From positions 8,131-72,130 of the forward strand of contig JBPOHR010000011.1 of NCBI GenBank assembly GCA_052035325.1: a stretch of DNA of 64,000 bases, given 5' to 3'. The notes below the pieces were generated by a model, which was not told where the DNA came from, ran no database searches, and was given only the letters and a program-made list of their open reading frames with translations. Position 1 is the stretch's first letter. Every line of letters begins with the position of its first letter. The position numbers were made by a program, and so were the translations under genes. Shown here one piece after another: positions 1-10,822 of this stretch. The stretch comes from Patescibacteria group bacterium. Its GTDB lineage: Bacteria > Patescibacteriota > Microgenomatia > UBA1400 > PJMF01.

Positions 1-23
1 AAACGAAATAAAAACCTAATCTG

Positions 24-101
24 GATACTGCTAAAATAGATTGATACATCGACTATTTTATCTGTGGATAACATTTAGCAGTCTACTCTATCGACTGCTA
101 A
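24..101 (-). repeat. Composite double-palindrome site, copy A (inverted relative to copies B and D)
   Basis: TTAGCAGTCTA-CTCTA-TCGACTGCTAA at 75-101 plus TAAAATAG...CTATTTTA at 32-60; the reverse complement aligns without gaps to 2053-2130. Confidence 0.85.
63..71 (-). promoter_or_regulatory. Perfect DnaA box
   Basis: TGTGGATAA is the reverse complement of TTATCCACA; function not shown. Confidence 0.5.
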
Positions 102-175
102 CAGCCGATAGAAATATAGGCAGTGATTTCTCCAGATGTACCAGAGTAGGGGATCTGTGCCCTACTCTCGATCAA

Positions 176-184
176 TGATACTAT
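176..184 (+). promoter_or_regulatory. Extended -10 promoter of the recombinase gene
   Basis: TG-A-TACTAT, 14 nt upstream of ATG 199. Confidence 0.5.
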
Positions 185-198
185 ACAAAAAGGCCACT

Positions 199-1134
199 AT
201 GCCAGTCTCAACTCAAGTCTCCCCTGCCCTGCTCACCTATCTCGAACATTTAGAAGTCGAACGCAATGTCAGTCGACTCACGATTCGTAATTATCAGCAT
301 TATTTGAAGCGTCTCATTGGTTGGTTGGAGACTCAAGAAATTCGTGATCTGCAACAGCTCTCACTCGAGGTACTCCGTAGCTATCGAGTGTATCTGGCTC
401 GATATATAGATGAACAAGGTAGAACCCTATCCAAGAAGACGCAGAGCTATCATATTATTGCTCTCAGGGCATGGCTAAAATGGCTGATAAAAAACGATGC
501 GCCGGTACTCAATCCGGAAAAAATTGATATTCCCAAGGCTGAATCACGCTCTATGAAGTTCCTTCATATAGAACAAATTGAGCGACTTTTGGCGCAGCCC
601 GCTATTTCGGCCAAAACAGGCTTGAGGGATAAGGCCTTACTAGAAGTACTCTTCTCTACTGGTTTGCGGGTAAGTGAGCTAGTCAGTCTCAACAGGGACC
701 AAGTTGACACGACACGGCGAGAGTTCGGAGTGATTGGAAAAGGCAGACGGCCGCGCGTGGTGTTTTTGAGTGAGCGCGCAGCCATGTGGTTGGACCGCTG
801 GTTGGCGTCTCGGGAGGATAACTGGAGACCGGTATTTATACGGATGAGTCGCACTAAACCTGACTTGCTCGCAGATGGTGAAGAGATGCGCTTGACGACT
901 CGAAGTGTGCAGCGTAGTGTTGATCATTACTGTCGTACTGCTAAGCTGCCGATAAAGCTCAGTCCACATGGAGTACGACACAGTTTTGCGACTGATTTGC
1001 TATCAAATGGGGCAGGACTGCGTGATGTACAAGAGATGCTGGGACATAAAAGCATCGCGACTACCCAGATTTATACGCATGTTACCAGGCCTGAACTGAA
1101 GAAAATGTACGATGAGTTCCATTCAAAACTCTAA
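199..1134 (+). CDS. xerC: XerC/XerD-family tyrosine recombinase
   Basis: SAM-like N-terminus (YLEHLEVERNVSRLTIRNY); catalytic R (GLRVSE), K (GKGRR), HxxR (HGVRH), H (LGH), Y (TQIY). Start moved from 136 to 199 because of the upstream -10 element. Confidence 0.9.
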   Translation: MPVSTQVSPALLTYLEHLEVERNVSRLTIRNYQHYLKRLIGWLETQEIRDLQQLSLEVLRSYRVYLARYIDEQGRTLSKKTQSYHIIALRAWLKWLIKNDAPVLNPEKIDIPKAESRSMKFLHIEQIERLLAQPAISAKTGLRDKALLEVLFSTGLRVSELVSLNRDQVDTTRREFGVIGKGRRPRVVFLSERAAMWLDRWLASREDNWRPVFIRMSRTKPDLLADGEEMRLTTRSVQRSVDHYCRTAKLPIKLSPHGVRHSFATDLLSNGAGLRDVQEMLGHKSIATTQIYTHVTRPELKKMYDEFHSKL

Positions 1135-1175
1135 AATGAGCCTTAACAAGTCAAAAATGCCCAGGGAAAAGTCAA

Positions 1176-1236
1176 TTAGCAGTCGAGCATCGATAATGCC
1201 AATAGCTAAAATAGATTGAAAACATTGATTAATCAA
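1176..1236 (+). repeat. Composite double-palindrome site, copy B (degenerate)
   Basis: TTAGCAGTCGA at 1176 and AAAACATTGAT-TA-ATCAA at 1219, the same 43-nt offset as in copy D; AAAAGTCA precedes both B and D. Confidence 0.75.
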
Positions 1237-1389
1237 CAAAATAGTTATTTATGTTGGGTCGTAAGGGGGATATTTCAAACGCTGCAGCATCAATGACTCG
1301 ACTCTTATAACTCGAATCATGTATTAATATGTATTAATGTATCAATACATATCGACTTCAGAATCCGTATATGTTACAATTTCGGCCTT

Positions 1390-1737
1390 ATGAAAAAACC
1401 ACTACTCTCTGCGCTGCTTAATGGCGTCCTTCCTGGATTAGGCTACATTTACAATGGTCAACGTGTCACTGTTGGATTATTGTTGTTTGCCTATTCGTTA
1501 ATTACCCTGCTCTTGATGAAGATCGATGTTGCAGTGTTGTTCAGCAATGTTGTCACATTGCAGTTTAGCAATGACATGCTTAACATGCTTGTTGCTGTCT
1601 TGCTCATCATTGCCATGGCAATGGATAGTTATCGAGAAGCAGTTGAAGTAAATAGTCGCAGTCGCCGTCGTCGTTCGACTAAGAATGCCGCCGCTGTCGC
1701 CTCTTCACCAGCTGTGCGAAAACAGATCAAAAAGTAA
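1390..1737 (+). CDS. Small membrane protein of unknown function
   Basis: LL..VLPGLGYIYNG motif, about 3 hydrophobic segments and a basic tail; upstream TCGACT-N17-TACAAT promoter-like sequence. Confidence 0.75.
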   Translation: MKKPLLSALLNGVLPGLGYIYNGQRVTVGLLLFAYSLITLLLMKIDVAVLFSNVVTLQFSNDMLNMLVAVLLIIAMAMDSYREAVEVNSRSRRRRSTKNAAAVASSPAVRKQIKK

Positions 1738-1842
1738 TTTACTAATAATTAAGTAATCAATACATATAGAAGTAGTCGAAAGCGGGGCTAATCTCGGGCT
1801 GGCAACAAAATGCCCTCGTGATACAATATTTCCCTGCCGACA

Positions 1843-1915
1843 GGGCCGTTAGCTCACTTGGTAGAGCGCTACTATGGCATAGTAGAGGTAATCGGTTCGA
1901 TCCCGATACGGTCCA
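1843..1915 (+). tRNA. tRNA-Ala(GGC), CCA not encoded
   Basis: Acceptor GGGCCGT/ACGGTCC with G3:U70; anticodon stem CTACT/AGTAG, loop ATGGCAT; T-loop TTCGATC. Confidence 0.95.
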
Positions 1916-2052
1916 CACTAGTTTTGTCAGGATTTAAGAGCGTGTGATAGGTAAAGTTGGTTAATAGCGTGCAGAACCGCGTTTATACACGATTTACTAC
2001 TGCACTTTTGCAGAAAAGTATCCACAACATTGAGAATTAGTTAAAAAAGTCA

Positions 2053-2130
2053 TTAGCAGTCGATATACTTGACTGCTAACTAGGTATATAGGGTAAAAAC
2101 ATTGATATATCAAGCTATTTTTGAAGCATC
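2053..2130 (+). repeat. Composite double-palindrome site, copy D
   Basis: TTAGCAGTCGA-TATAC-TTGACTGCTAA, a 14-nt linker, then TAAAAACATTGATATATCAAGCTATTTT. Confidence 0.85.
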
Positions 2131-2226
2131 TCGCAAAATACCGTTTTTTCGGCTTTTTTCAGTAAGAACGTAGATTTACTACTCCCAATTGCATGATCAG
2201 AATGATAGAAAAAACATAGTACTACA

Positions 2227-4968
2227 CTAAACAGTAGCAGTCGTTGCATTCGCTGCAACTGGTTCTTCTTTATAGGTCAACGCAACAGCAACAACACGAT
2301 CACTGCCATTCATGCGCATCAAAATCACACCTTGTGTCGGACGAGTGAGCACGGGAATGGTTTTAGCGTCGATTGGTAATTTGATGGTAATGCCGCCATT
2401 GGTACTCATCACAACCTCTTCATGTTCGTGTGTGACCATGCGAGCGGTGGCGACGTTGCCAGTGCGGGCGGTGATGTCAGAAACTTTGACACCGAGGCCA
2501 GCACGCTTCTGTAGCGGGTACTCTGATAATGCCGAGCGTTTGCCCAGACCTTTTTCGGTGACCACAAGCAGTTGATGGAATTGACCAGCTGTTGGCTTTT
2601 CGCTATCGAGTTGAGGTGAGAAAGCCTCCACACCAATGACGTAGTCGTCTTTTTGCAGTGTAATGCCGCGGACGCCTTTGGTGTCACGGTTGGAGTCTTT
2701 GATTTCAGCCTCGGAGAAGCGAATAGACTTGCCATGATAGGTAATCAGCATCACGTGGTCAGTTCCCGTAGTCAATTGTCCCCAGACAAGTTCGTCACCA
2801 TCGTTGAGGACGATGGCCACAATGCCGTTTTGGCGGATGTTTTGGTAGAGTTTGACAGCAGTTTTCTTGACTAAACCACATCGAGTGGCGAGGGTGATGA
2901 AGTTATTAGCGTCTTTGGTTTCATCGAGGGTGAGGATGGCTTGGACGGTTTCCTCTGCTTTGAGGTTGATTAGGTTGACTACCGCGGTGCCTTTTGCCTG
3001 GCGACTCGATTCTGGAATGTCATAGGCTTTAAGTTTGAAAACTCGACCCTGATTGGTGAACAGGAGCAGCGTCTCATGTGTGTCGGCTGTGAGGAGCGAT
3101 TTGACGGCATCTTCTTCTTTCATTTTGACACCGGTGGCACCTTTACCACCTCTGGCCTGACTGCGGAAAGCGGAGGGGCTGAGGCGCTTGATGTAGCCTG
3201 TTTCGGTCAGAGTGATGACGGTAGGTTCGTTGGCGACGAGATCTTCTTCAGAAAATTCACCGACTTTGCTCTTGACCACTTTGGTGCGGCGATCGTCGCC
3301 GTAGAGGGTCTTGAGCTCATTGGTTTCGTTGACAATTACCTCGAGAATGAGATCGGGATGACTCAGTAATTTGATTAAGGTATCGATGCGCGCTTTGAGT
3401 TCTTTATACTCGTCTTCGATCTTCTGACGTTCGAGAGCGGCTAGACGTTTGAGCTGCATTTCCAGAATGGCTGTAGCCTGTACTTCGGACAGACCAAACT
3501 TGGACATTAAGGCAGCTCGGGCAGTATCAGTGTCAGCTGAGCGACGGATGGTTTCGATGACGTCATCGAGGTTTTTGAGGGCAATGAGTAGGCCTTCAAG
3601 GATGTGAGCGCGGTCACGAGCCTCGCCGAGTTCGAATTGGGTGCGGCGGACGGCGACGAGCAAGCGATGTTGGATGTACTCACGCAAAATTTGCTTAATG
3701 TTCATCAATTGAGGTGTGCCCTCACTCGAGAGCGCCACCATATTGACCGGGAAACTGACTTGGAGTTCGGTGTGTTTGAAGAGTTGATTGAGGACCACTT
3801 TGGGTCGAGCGTCGCGCTTCAGATCAATGGTGATTTGCAGACCAACACGGTCAGAGTCGTCATTGAGGTCGCGGATGCCTTCCAGCTTCTTATCGCGGAC
3901 GAGGTCGGCGATTTTCATGAGGAGCCGAGCTTTGTTTACTTGGTACGGCAATTCAGTAACAATGATCTGGAAGCCACCTTTTTTGGTTTCTTCGATGCTG
4001 GCTTTGGCACGGATGACTACTTTGCCTTTGCCGGTGGCATAGGCTTCACGGATGGCTTTGACGTCGTAAATAATACCAGCTGTCGGGAAGTCTGGGCCCT
4101 GAATGTGATCCATGATTTGATCACTGGTAATTTCACTGGTGAATGTTCCAGCTAGTAACTTGGGATCGGTGGCAAGTACTTCATCGATTTTGTCGGAGGT
4201 TTTCTCGAGTGTGGTGGAAGATTTACCGGCTTTGATAGTGGCAATGATGGCATCACAGACCTCGTTGAGGTTGTGAGGTGGGATTTTGGTGGCCATACCT
4301 ACCGCAATACCTTCCGAACCCATCAGCAACAAATTTGGCAAGCGACCTGGAAGGACGGCCGGCTCTTGCATTGAGCCGTCAAAGTTATCGACAAACGGGA
4401 CGGTGTCTTTGTCGAGGTCAATTAAGAGTTCTTGAGAAATCTTGGCCAGTCTTGCTTCGGTGTACCGCATGGCGGCTGGACTGTCGCCATCAATCGAGCC
4501 AAAGTTTCCTTGACCATCGATTAAGGGATAGCGCATGCTGAAGTCTTGGGCTAGCCGGACCAGTGCACCGTAGACTGGCGCATCACCGTGTGGATGGTAA
4601 CGACCCAGTACGTCACCGACGATACGGGCACATTTCTTGTACGCACTGGTATGGTGGAAACCCGACTTGTACATCGAGTACAGGATGCGACGATGGACGG
4701 GCTTCATGCCGTCACGCACATCGGGTAGAGCTCTGGAAACGATGACACTCATGGCGTAGTCGAGGTAGGACTTCTCCATTTCACTGACGATGGAAATGTA
4801 CTTCAACTTACCAAAGCGACTTTCTTCGATAGTGCCGATGGGCGTAACTGACTCGGAGGTGGTATTTGTTTCCACGGGAGTTGCTATCTCGGAAGTGGTA
4901 GCCTCAGTAGAGGTGTCACTCTCGGTGGTATCGGTTAGTTCGTCGTCGCGGATTTGGTCATCAGTCAT
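2227..4968 (-). CDS. gyrA: DNA gyrase subunit A
   Basis: YLDYAMSVIVSRALPDVRDG, YHPHGD, AAMRYTE active site, GyrA box QARGGKG. Confidence 0.98.
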   Translation of the reverse strand: MTDDQIRDDELTDTTESDTSTEATTSEIATPVETNTTSESVTPIGTIEESRFGKLKYISIVSEMEKSYLDYAMSVIVSRALPDVRDGMKPVHRRILYSMYKSGFHHTSAYKKCARIVGDVLGRYHPHGDAPVYGALVRLAQDFSMRYPLIDGQGNFGSIDGDSPAAMRYTEARLAKISQELLIDLDKDTVPFVDNFDGSMQEPAVLPGRLPNLLLMGSEGIAVGMATKIPPHNLNEVCDAIIATIKAGKSSTTLEKTSDKIDEVLATDPKLLAGTFTSEITSDQIMDHIQGPDFPTAGIIYDVKAIREAYATGKGKVVIRAKASIEETKKGGFQIIVTELPYQVNKARLLMKIADLVRDKKLEGIRDLNDDSDRVGLQITIDLKRDARPKVVLNQLFKHTELQVSFPVNMVALSSEGTPQLMNIKQILREYIQHRLLVAVRRTQFELGEARDRAHILEGLLIALKNLDDVIETIRRSADTDTARAALMSKFGLSEVQATAILEMQLKRLAALERQKIEDEYKELKARIDTLIKLLSHPDLILEVIVNETNELKTLYGDDRRTKVVKSKVGEFSEEDLVANEPTVITLTETGYIKRLSPSAFRSQARGGKGATGVKMKEEDAVKSLLTADTHETLLLFTNQGRVFKLKAYDIPESSRQAKGTAVVNLINLKAEETVQAILTLDETKDANNFITLATRCGLVKKTAVKLYQNIRQNGIVAIVLNDGDELVWGQLTTGTDHVMLITYHGKSIRFSEAEIKDSNRDTKGVRGITLQKDDYVIGVEAFSPQLDSEKPTAGQFHQLLVVTEKGLGKRSALSEYPLQKRAGLGVKVSDITARTGNVATARMVTHEHEEVVMSTNGGITIKLPIDAKTIPVLTRPTQGVILMRMNGSDRVVAVALTYKEEPVAANATTATV

Positions 4969-4990
4969 GGGGTGTTTCTAGTGCGGTTTG

Positions 4991-5500
4991 TTACTTTTGT
5001 TCAGCAACAAACTTGGCTTGTGCCTCAGCTAGTTCCTTTTCGGCTTCTTCTCTACCAACAAATGTATTGATCTTGACCCATTTCTCTGGTTCGAGGTCTT
5101 TGTAGTGTTCGAAGAAGTGCTTGATTTTGTCGAGTCGATATTGAGGAACGTCTGCCAGATCTTCCCAGGCGCCGCATTGAATGTCGATTTTGGTTTTGGC
5201 CGGGACGCAGATCAGTTTGTGATCAATACCCTCTTCGTCTTCCATTTCCAACATGCCGATGACACGAGTTTTGATCCAGGTGCCAGGTAACATGGGTTGA
5301 CTGGTCAGGACCAGGGCGTCAAGCAGGTCGCCATCTTTGCCCGCTGCACCTTCGATCGAGCCGTAGTTCTCTGGGTAGAACATAGGTGTGGGCACGAAGC
5401 GGTCAACGTAAATGCGACCGTTGGACTCGTCTTGCTCGTACTTGGTGTTTGAGCCGGCGGGGATTTCAACGAGGATGTGAAGGGTTTGGGTGTCAGACAT
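4991..5500 (-). CDS. ppa: Inorganic pyrophosphatase (family I)
   Basis: EIPAGSNTKYE, YPENYG, DGDLLD, DHKL, HFFEHYKDLE. Confidence 0.95.
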   Translation of the reverse strand: MSDTQTLHILVEIPAGSNTKYEQDESNGRIYVDRFVPTPMFYPENYGSIEGAAGKDGDLLDALVLTSQPMLPGTWIKTRVIGMLEMEDEEGIDHKLICVPAKTKIDIQCGAWEDLADVPQYRLDKIKHFFEHYKDLEPEKWVKINTFVGREEAEKELAEAQAKFVAEQK

Positions 5501-5514
5501 GAGGTTCCTTTTGG

Positions 5515-5856
5515 TTACATTGGAGGGTTTAATACGGCATTTATTTGATCAACAATGACATTGTTTCCTGGTACATGCGGAGCTTTGGAGAGCTCAGCAG
5601 CGTATTCTTGAAGAATTCTGCGAGCCTCTTTCTTTTCAGCTTCATTCTCAGCAGTTCGATACGCATGAATTGCTTCATTTGCAACTTGATAGTTTGGGTA
5701 TGCACTAATTGCGTCATTTACAAGTTGTTGGTACTCAGCATCAGCCGCGGGCGCAGTAGTGTCTACCACCGTCGTAACTAGCTCAGGTTCACCTCCAAGT
5801 GGCTTGTCACCAAATATTTGTTCATTTCTTTTGTCCATTGGTGTGTTTTCAGGCAT
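5515..5856 (-). CDS. Hypothetical protein
   Basis: 113-aa ORF that fills the gap between gyrB and ppa on the same strand. Confidence 0.7.
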   Translation of the reverse strand: MPENTPMDKRNEQIFGDKPLGGEPELVTTVVDTTAPAADAEYQQLVNDAISAYPNYQVANEAIHAYRTAENEAEKKEARRILQEYAAELSKAPHVPGNNVIVDQINAVLNPPM

Positions 5857-5867
5857 ATATTTCTTTC

Positions 5868-7901
<2,034 letters not shown>

Positions 7902-7923
7902 CTACGACAAGCTCAGATGCATC

Positions 7924-7951
7924 GTTATACCATACTTCGCAGGACTTTCAA
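7924..7951 (-). promoter_or_regulatory. Sigma70-type promoter of gyrB
   Basis: Minus strand TTGAAA-N16-TATAAC with a TGn extension. Confidence 0.55.
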
Positions 7952-8050
7952 AGGTTGACGAAAGGGTGCGCGTGTCTAGCAGCCATTGAAAGTGCTTAAA
8001 ATCGGTTTTTTGCGTATAACGCCGGAAACATACTGATTGTAGGGCAACTC

Positions 8051-8746
8051 CTAGGCGGTTAGCCATCCTAACCATATATGCTCAAGTGCCAGGCGTGGAG
8101 CAGTGTTGTGCTGAAGCTGATCGTTGAGTAGCACTAGAGAGGCAAGATGCTGGGTAGTCTTGGCCAGTTCTGCCCCACCCAAGGTGGGTAGGCGCTGATG
8201 CAGTAAATCGAGTAATTGGCGGGTAACTTCGAGTGCGTCGGCTTTGGTGCTGTACTTGCCTGCTAATGCAATTGTGTTAGCCACGGTGCCTTGAGTGAGT
8301 TGCTGATAGAGCATGTCCAGTTCTTGGTGTTGCGTATCATGATTGTTGGTGGGTGGTATCTGGTCTAAATAGCTGACATTACATCGCGACTGGATGGTAG
8401 TTAACACCGTGCCTAAACCACTTGCGGTAAGGATAATTTGCGTAGCGGTCGGCGGTTCTTCCAACAGTTTCAGCAGTGCTTGTTGCGCGGGTAGCGATGC
8501 GCTGTCTATTCCAGGACAAATGACCAGTTGAAGTTCACCTACAGCGCGATAACTAAGTTGTTGTTGAAGTAGCCGAACTGCCTCGATGGTTAGTGACTCT
8601 GATTCGGTGTTTGCCCAGATTACGTAAGGTGATGTGTCGATAGTCAGTGACCACTCACGATGAACCCATGTTCGGAGTTGCTGGCTAGCGTGTTGATGAT
8701 TTGACGAGACAATCCTGAGTTGGCTAGTGTAGTGGTTATGAATCAT
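8051..8746 (-). CDS. holB: DNA polymerase III delta-prime-like subunit, shortened
   Basis: IEAVRLL, AQQALLKLLEEPP, TIQSRC; no N-terminal Walker A or zinc module. Confidence 0.8.
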   Translation of the reverse strand: MIHNHYTSQLRIVSSNHQHASQQLRTWVHREWSLTIDTSPYVIWANTESESLTIEAVRLLQQQLSYRAVGELQLVICPGIDSASLPAQQALLKLLEEPPTATQIILTASGLGTVLTTIQSRCNVSYLDQIPPTNNHDTQHQELDMLYQQLTQGTVANTIALAGKYSTKADALEVTRQLLDLLHQRLPTLGGAELAKTTQHLASLVLLNDQLQHNTAPRLALEHIWLGWLTA

Positions 8747-8790
8747 GACTTTTTTTCAAGGCGAAAGTATGGCAGGATAGTAGTGATTAT

Positions 8791-10809
8791 ATGGTAGATT
8801 CGACTGCCCCGTTAGCTACTAATACTGATAGTGTCGTTGTCCCTGATGTGACAATGCCTACGATTGGTGGTGTTGCTCCTGTTGATGAAGCGCCAAAACT
8901 GGTGCTCACCAATGTCGATGGTGAGGCTTCGACACAGTCCGCTCAATCCGAAATCGCCGCTGCCGCTGCTGCAATCGGTGGTGCTGTGCTCGACACACCG
9001 GTAGTTTCCCCTACTCCAGTCCCTACCCCTGTGCAACCTCTCCCCTCCCCGCCAGCAGCGTTGCCTACACAATTTGGGACAGTATCAACGATTGTAGAGG
9101 TTCTTCAGCAACAGGGCGCGCTTACCCAAGGTCAAGTGGATCAGCTAAATGTTGAGCACATCCAGACAAATCGGACATTGGAAGAATTGCTCGAAGAAAA
9201 GAAGTGGCTCGACGAAGAGACCTTTTGCAAAGCCAAAGCTCAGGTGTACGGTGTTCCCTTTGTGCGACTAAGTGAGATTGGTGTCTCACCGGAAGCTTTG
9301 ACGGCCCTCTCAGAAACGGTGGCGCGGCGTTATGCAATGTTGCCGTTTAATCTAGATAAAAATGAGCGAACGTTGTATGTTGCCATGAAAAATCCACTGG
9401 ATTTGTCGGCAATTGATTTTGCTGAACAAAAGACAGGGTATCGGCTGGTCGTTCACTATGCTATGCCAAGTGAACTTGAGCGATTGGTTGCAGAGCGATA
9501 TGCACAGAGTTTATCAAGTGAAGTAACAGAAGCACTACAAGAAACGGCACAGGTCGCTGAAGCCAAAGCACAACAGCAAAACTTAGCAAATTTATCAGTT
9601 GAAGTAGTTAGAGAAGCGCCAATTAGTAAAATTGTTGAAACTATCCTTACTTTTGCCATCAAGTCCCGGGCGTCAGATGTGCATATTGAGCCGCTTGCCG
9701 ATAAGACACGAGTCAGATATCGCATTGACGGTATTTTGACAGAAAAACTCATTTTGCCTCGGTCGGTACATGAAGCAACAGTGTCGCGGGTAAAGATATT
9801 GTCAGATTTGAAGATTGATGAGAAGCGTATCCCCCAAGATGGGCGGTTCAATTTTGTAGCAGGTGCTGATGAAGTTGACTTGCGGGTCTCTACTCTACCA
9901 ACCATTAACGGTGAAAAAGTGGTGATGCGGCTCTTACGAAAAAATGCCCAGGTCCCCTCGATCGAAGATTTGGGATTAACGGGTATTGCCCTTCGCAATA
10001 TTCAAGAAGCTATCAAAGTGCCTCACGGCATTGTGTTGGTGACTGGACCCACTGGTTCAGGAAAAACCACTACGCTCTACTCCGTCCTTCACGCCATCAA
10101 CACGCCGAAAGTCAATGTGATGACGCTCGAAGATCCCGTGGAGTACCAGATGCCAGGTGTCAATCAGGTGCAAATTAATCCTCAGGCAGGACTTACCTTT
10201 GCTTCCGGTTTGAGGTCATTCTTGCGTCAAGATCCCAACGTCATTATGGTAGGTGAAATTCGTGACAGTGAGACGGCAGAGTTGGCAATCCAGGCTTCAC
10301 TCACTGGTCACTTGGTTTTTTCGACACTACATACTTCATCGGCAGCAGGAGCATTGCCTCGGTTGCTCGATATGGGTGCCGAACCATTTTTGTTGGCTTC
10401 CTCGATGACGTTGACAATGGGACAGCGGGTGGTGCGATTGATCAACCCTGATTACAAGGAAGAGTATCAACCAGATCCTGCTGTTCTACAGGATGTGCGG
10501 ACAGTGCTTGGTCCAATGTATGAACAGTGGTGCAGTGCCAATCAAAAAGATCCAGCTAAGTTGACCTTGTATCGTACGAGAAAAGATCGTCCCCAGACGG
10601 AGCCGGAGTACAAAGGTCGGATGGCAATCTTTGAGGTGATGAAGATAACCGATGAGATCGGTCACATGATTATGCAACGCAAAACAGCAAATGAAATTGA
10701 GGCTGTCGCCATGAAAAATGGTATGCTGTTAATGAAACAGGATGGATATATCAAAGCATTAGAGGGGAAAACCACTATCGAAGAAGTATTACGGGTGGCC
10801 CAGGTATAA
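8791..10809 (+). CDS. pilB: Type IV pilus extension ATPase PilB/GspE
   Basis: ASDVHIEP, RYRIDG, PQDGR, GPTGSGKTTTL, TLEDPVEY, LRQDPNVIMVGEIRD, TGHLVFSTLHT. Confidence 0.95.
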   Translation: MVDSTAPLATNTDSVVVPDVTMPTIGGVAPVDEAPKLVLTNVDGEASTQSAQSEIAAAAAAIGGAVLDTPVVSPTPVPTPVQPLPSPPAALPTQFGTVSTIVEVLQQQGALTQGQVDQLNVEHIQTNRTLEELLEEKKWLDEETFCKAKAQVYGVPFVRLSEIGVSPEALTALSETVARRYAMLPFNLDKNERTLYVAMKNPLDLSAIDFAEQKTGYRLVVHYAMPSELERLVAERYAQSLSSEVTEALQETAQVAEAKAQQQNLANLSVEVVREAPISKIVETILTFAIKSRASDVHIEPLADKTRVRYRIDGILTEKLILPRSVHEATVSRVKILSDLKIDEKRIPQDGRFNFVAGADEVDLRVSTLPTINGEKVVMRLLRKNAQVPSIEDLGLTGIALRNIQEAIKVPHGIVLVTGPTGSGKTTTLYSVLHAINTPKVNVMTLEDPVEYQMPGVNQVQINPQAGLTFASGLRSFLRQDPNVIMVGEIRDSETAELAIQASLTGHLVFSTLHTSSAAGALPRLLDMGAEPFLLASSMTLTMGQRVVRLINPDYKEEYQPDPAVLQDVRTVLGPMYEQWCSANQKDPAKLTLYRTRKDRPQTEPEYKGRMAIFEVMKITDEIGHMIMQRKTANEIEAVAMKNGMLLMKQDGYIKALEGKTTIEEVLRVAQV

Positions 10810-10822
10810 GGATACAGACAGT

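Noticed and set aside
143-168. AGAGTAGGG/CCCTACTCT hairpin as a terminator
   Set aside because: It has no U-tract and no upstream gene in view; its function cannot be assigned.
199-1915. Integrase plus tRNA as a prophage or genomic island
   Set aside because: The recombinase is XerC/D-like and lies 5' of the tRNA; I saw no duplicated tRNA 3' end and no phage or conjugation genes.
3076-4155. Antisense ORFs of 97-183 aa inside gyrA, with similar ones in gyrB, pilB, gap and pyrH
   Set aside because: These are shadow ORFs opposite conserved genes.
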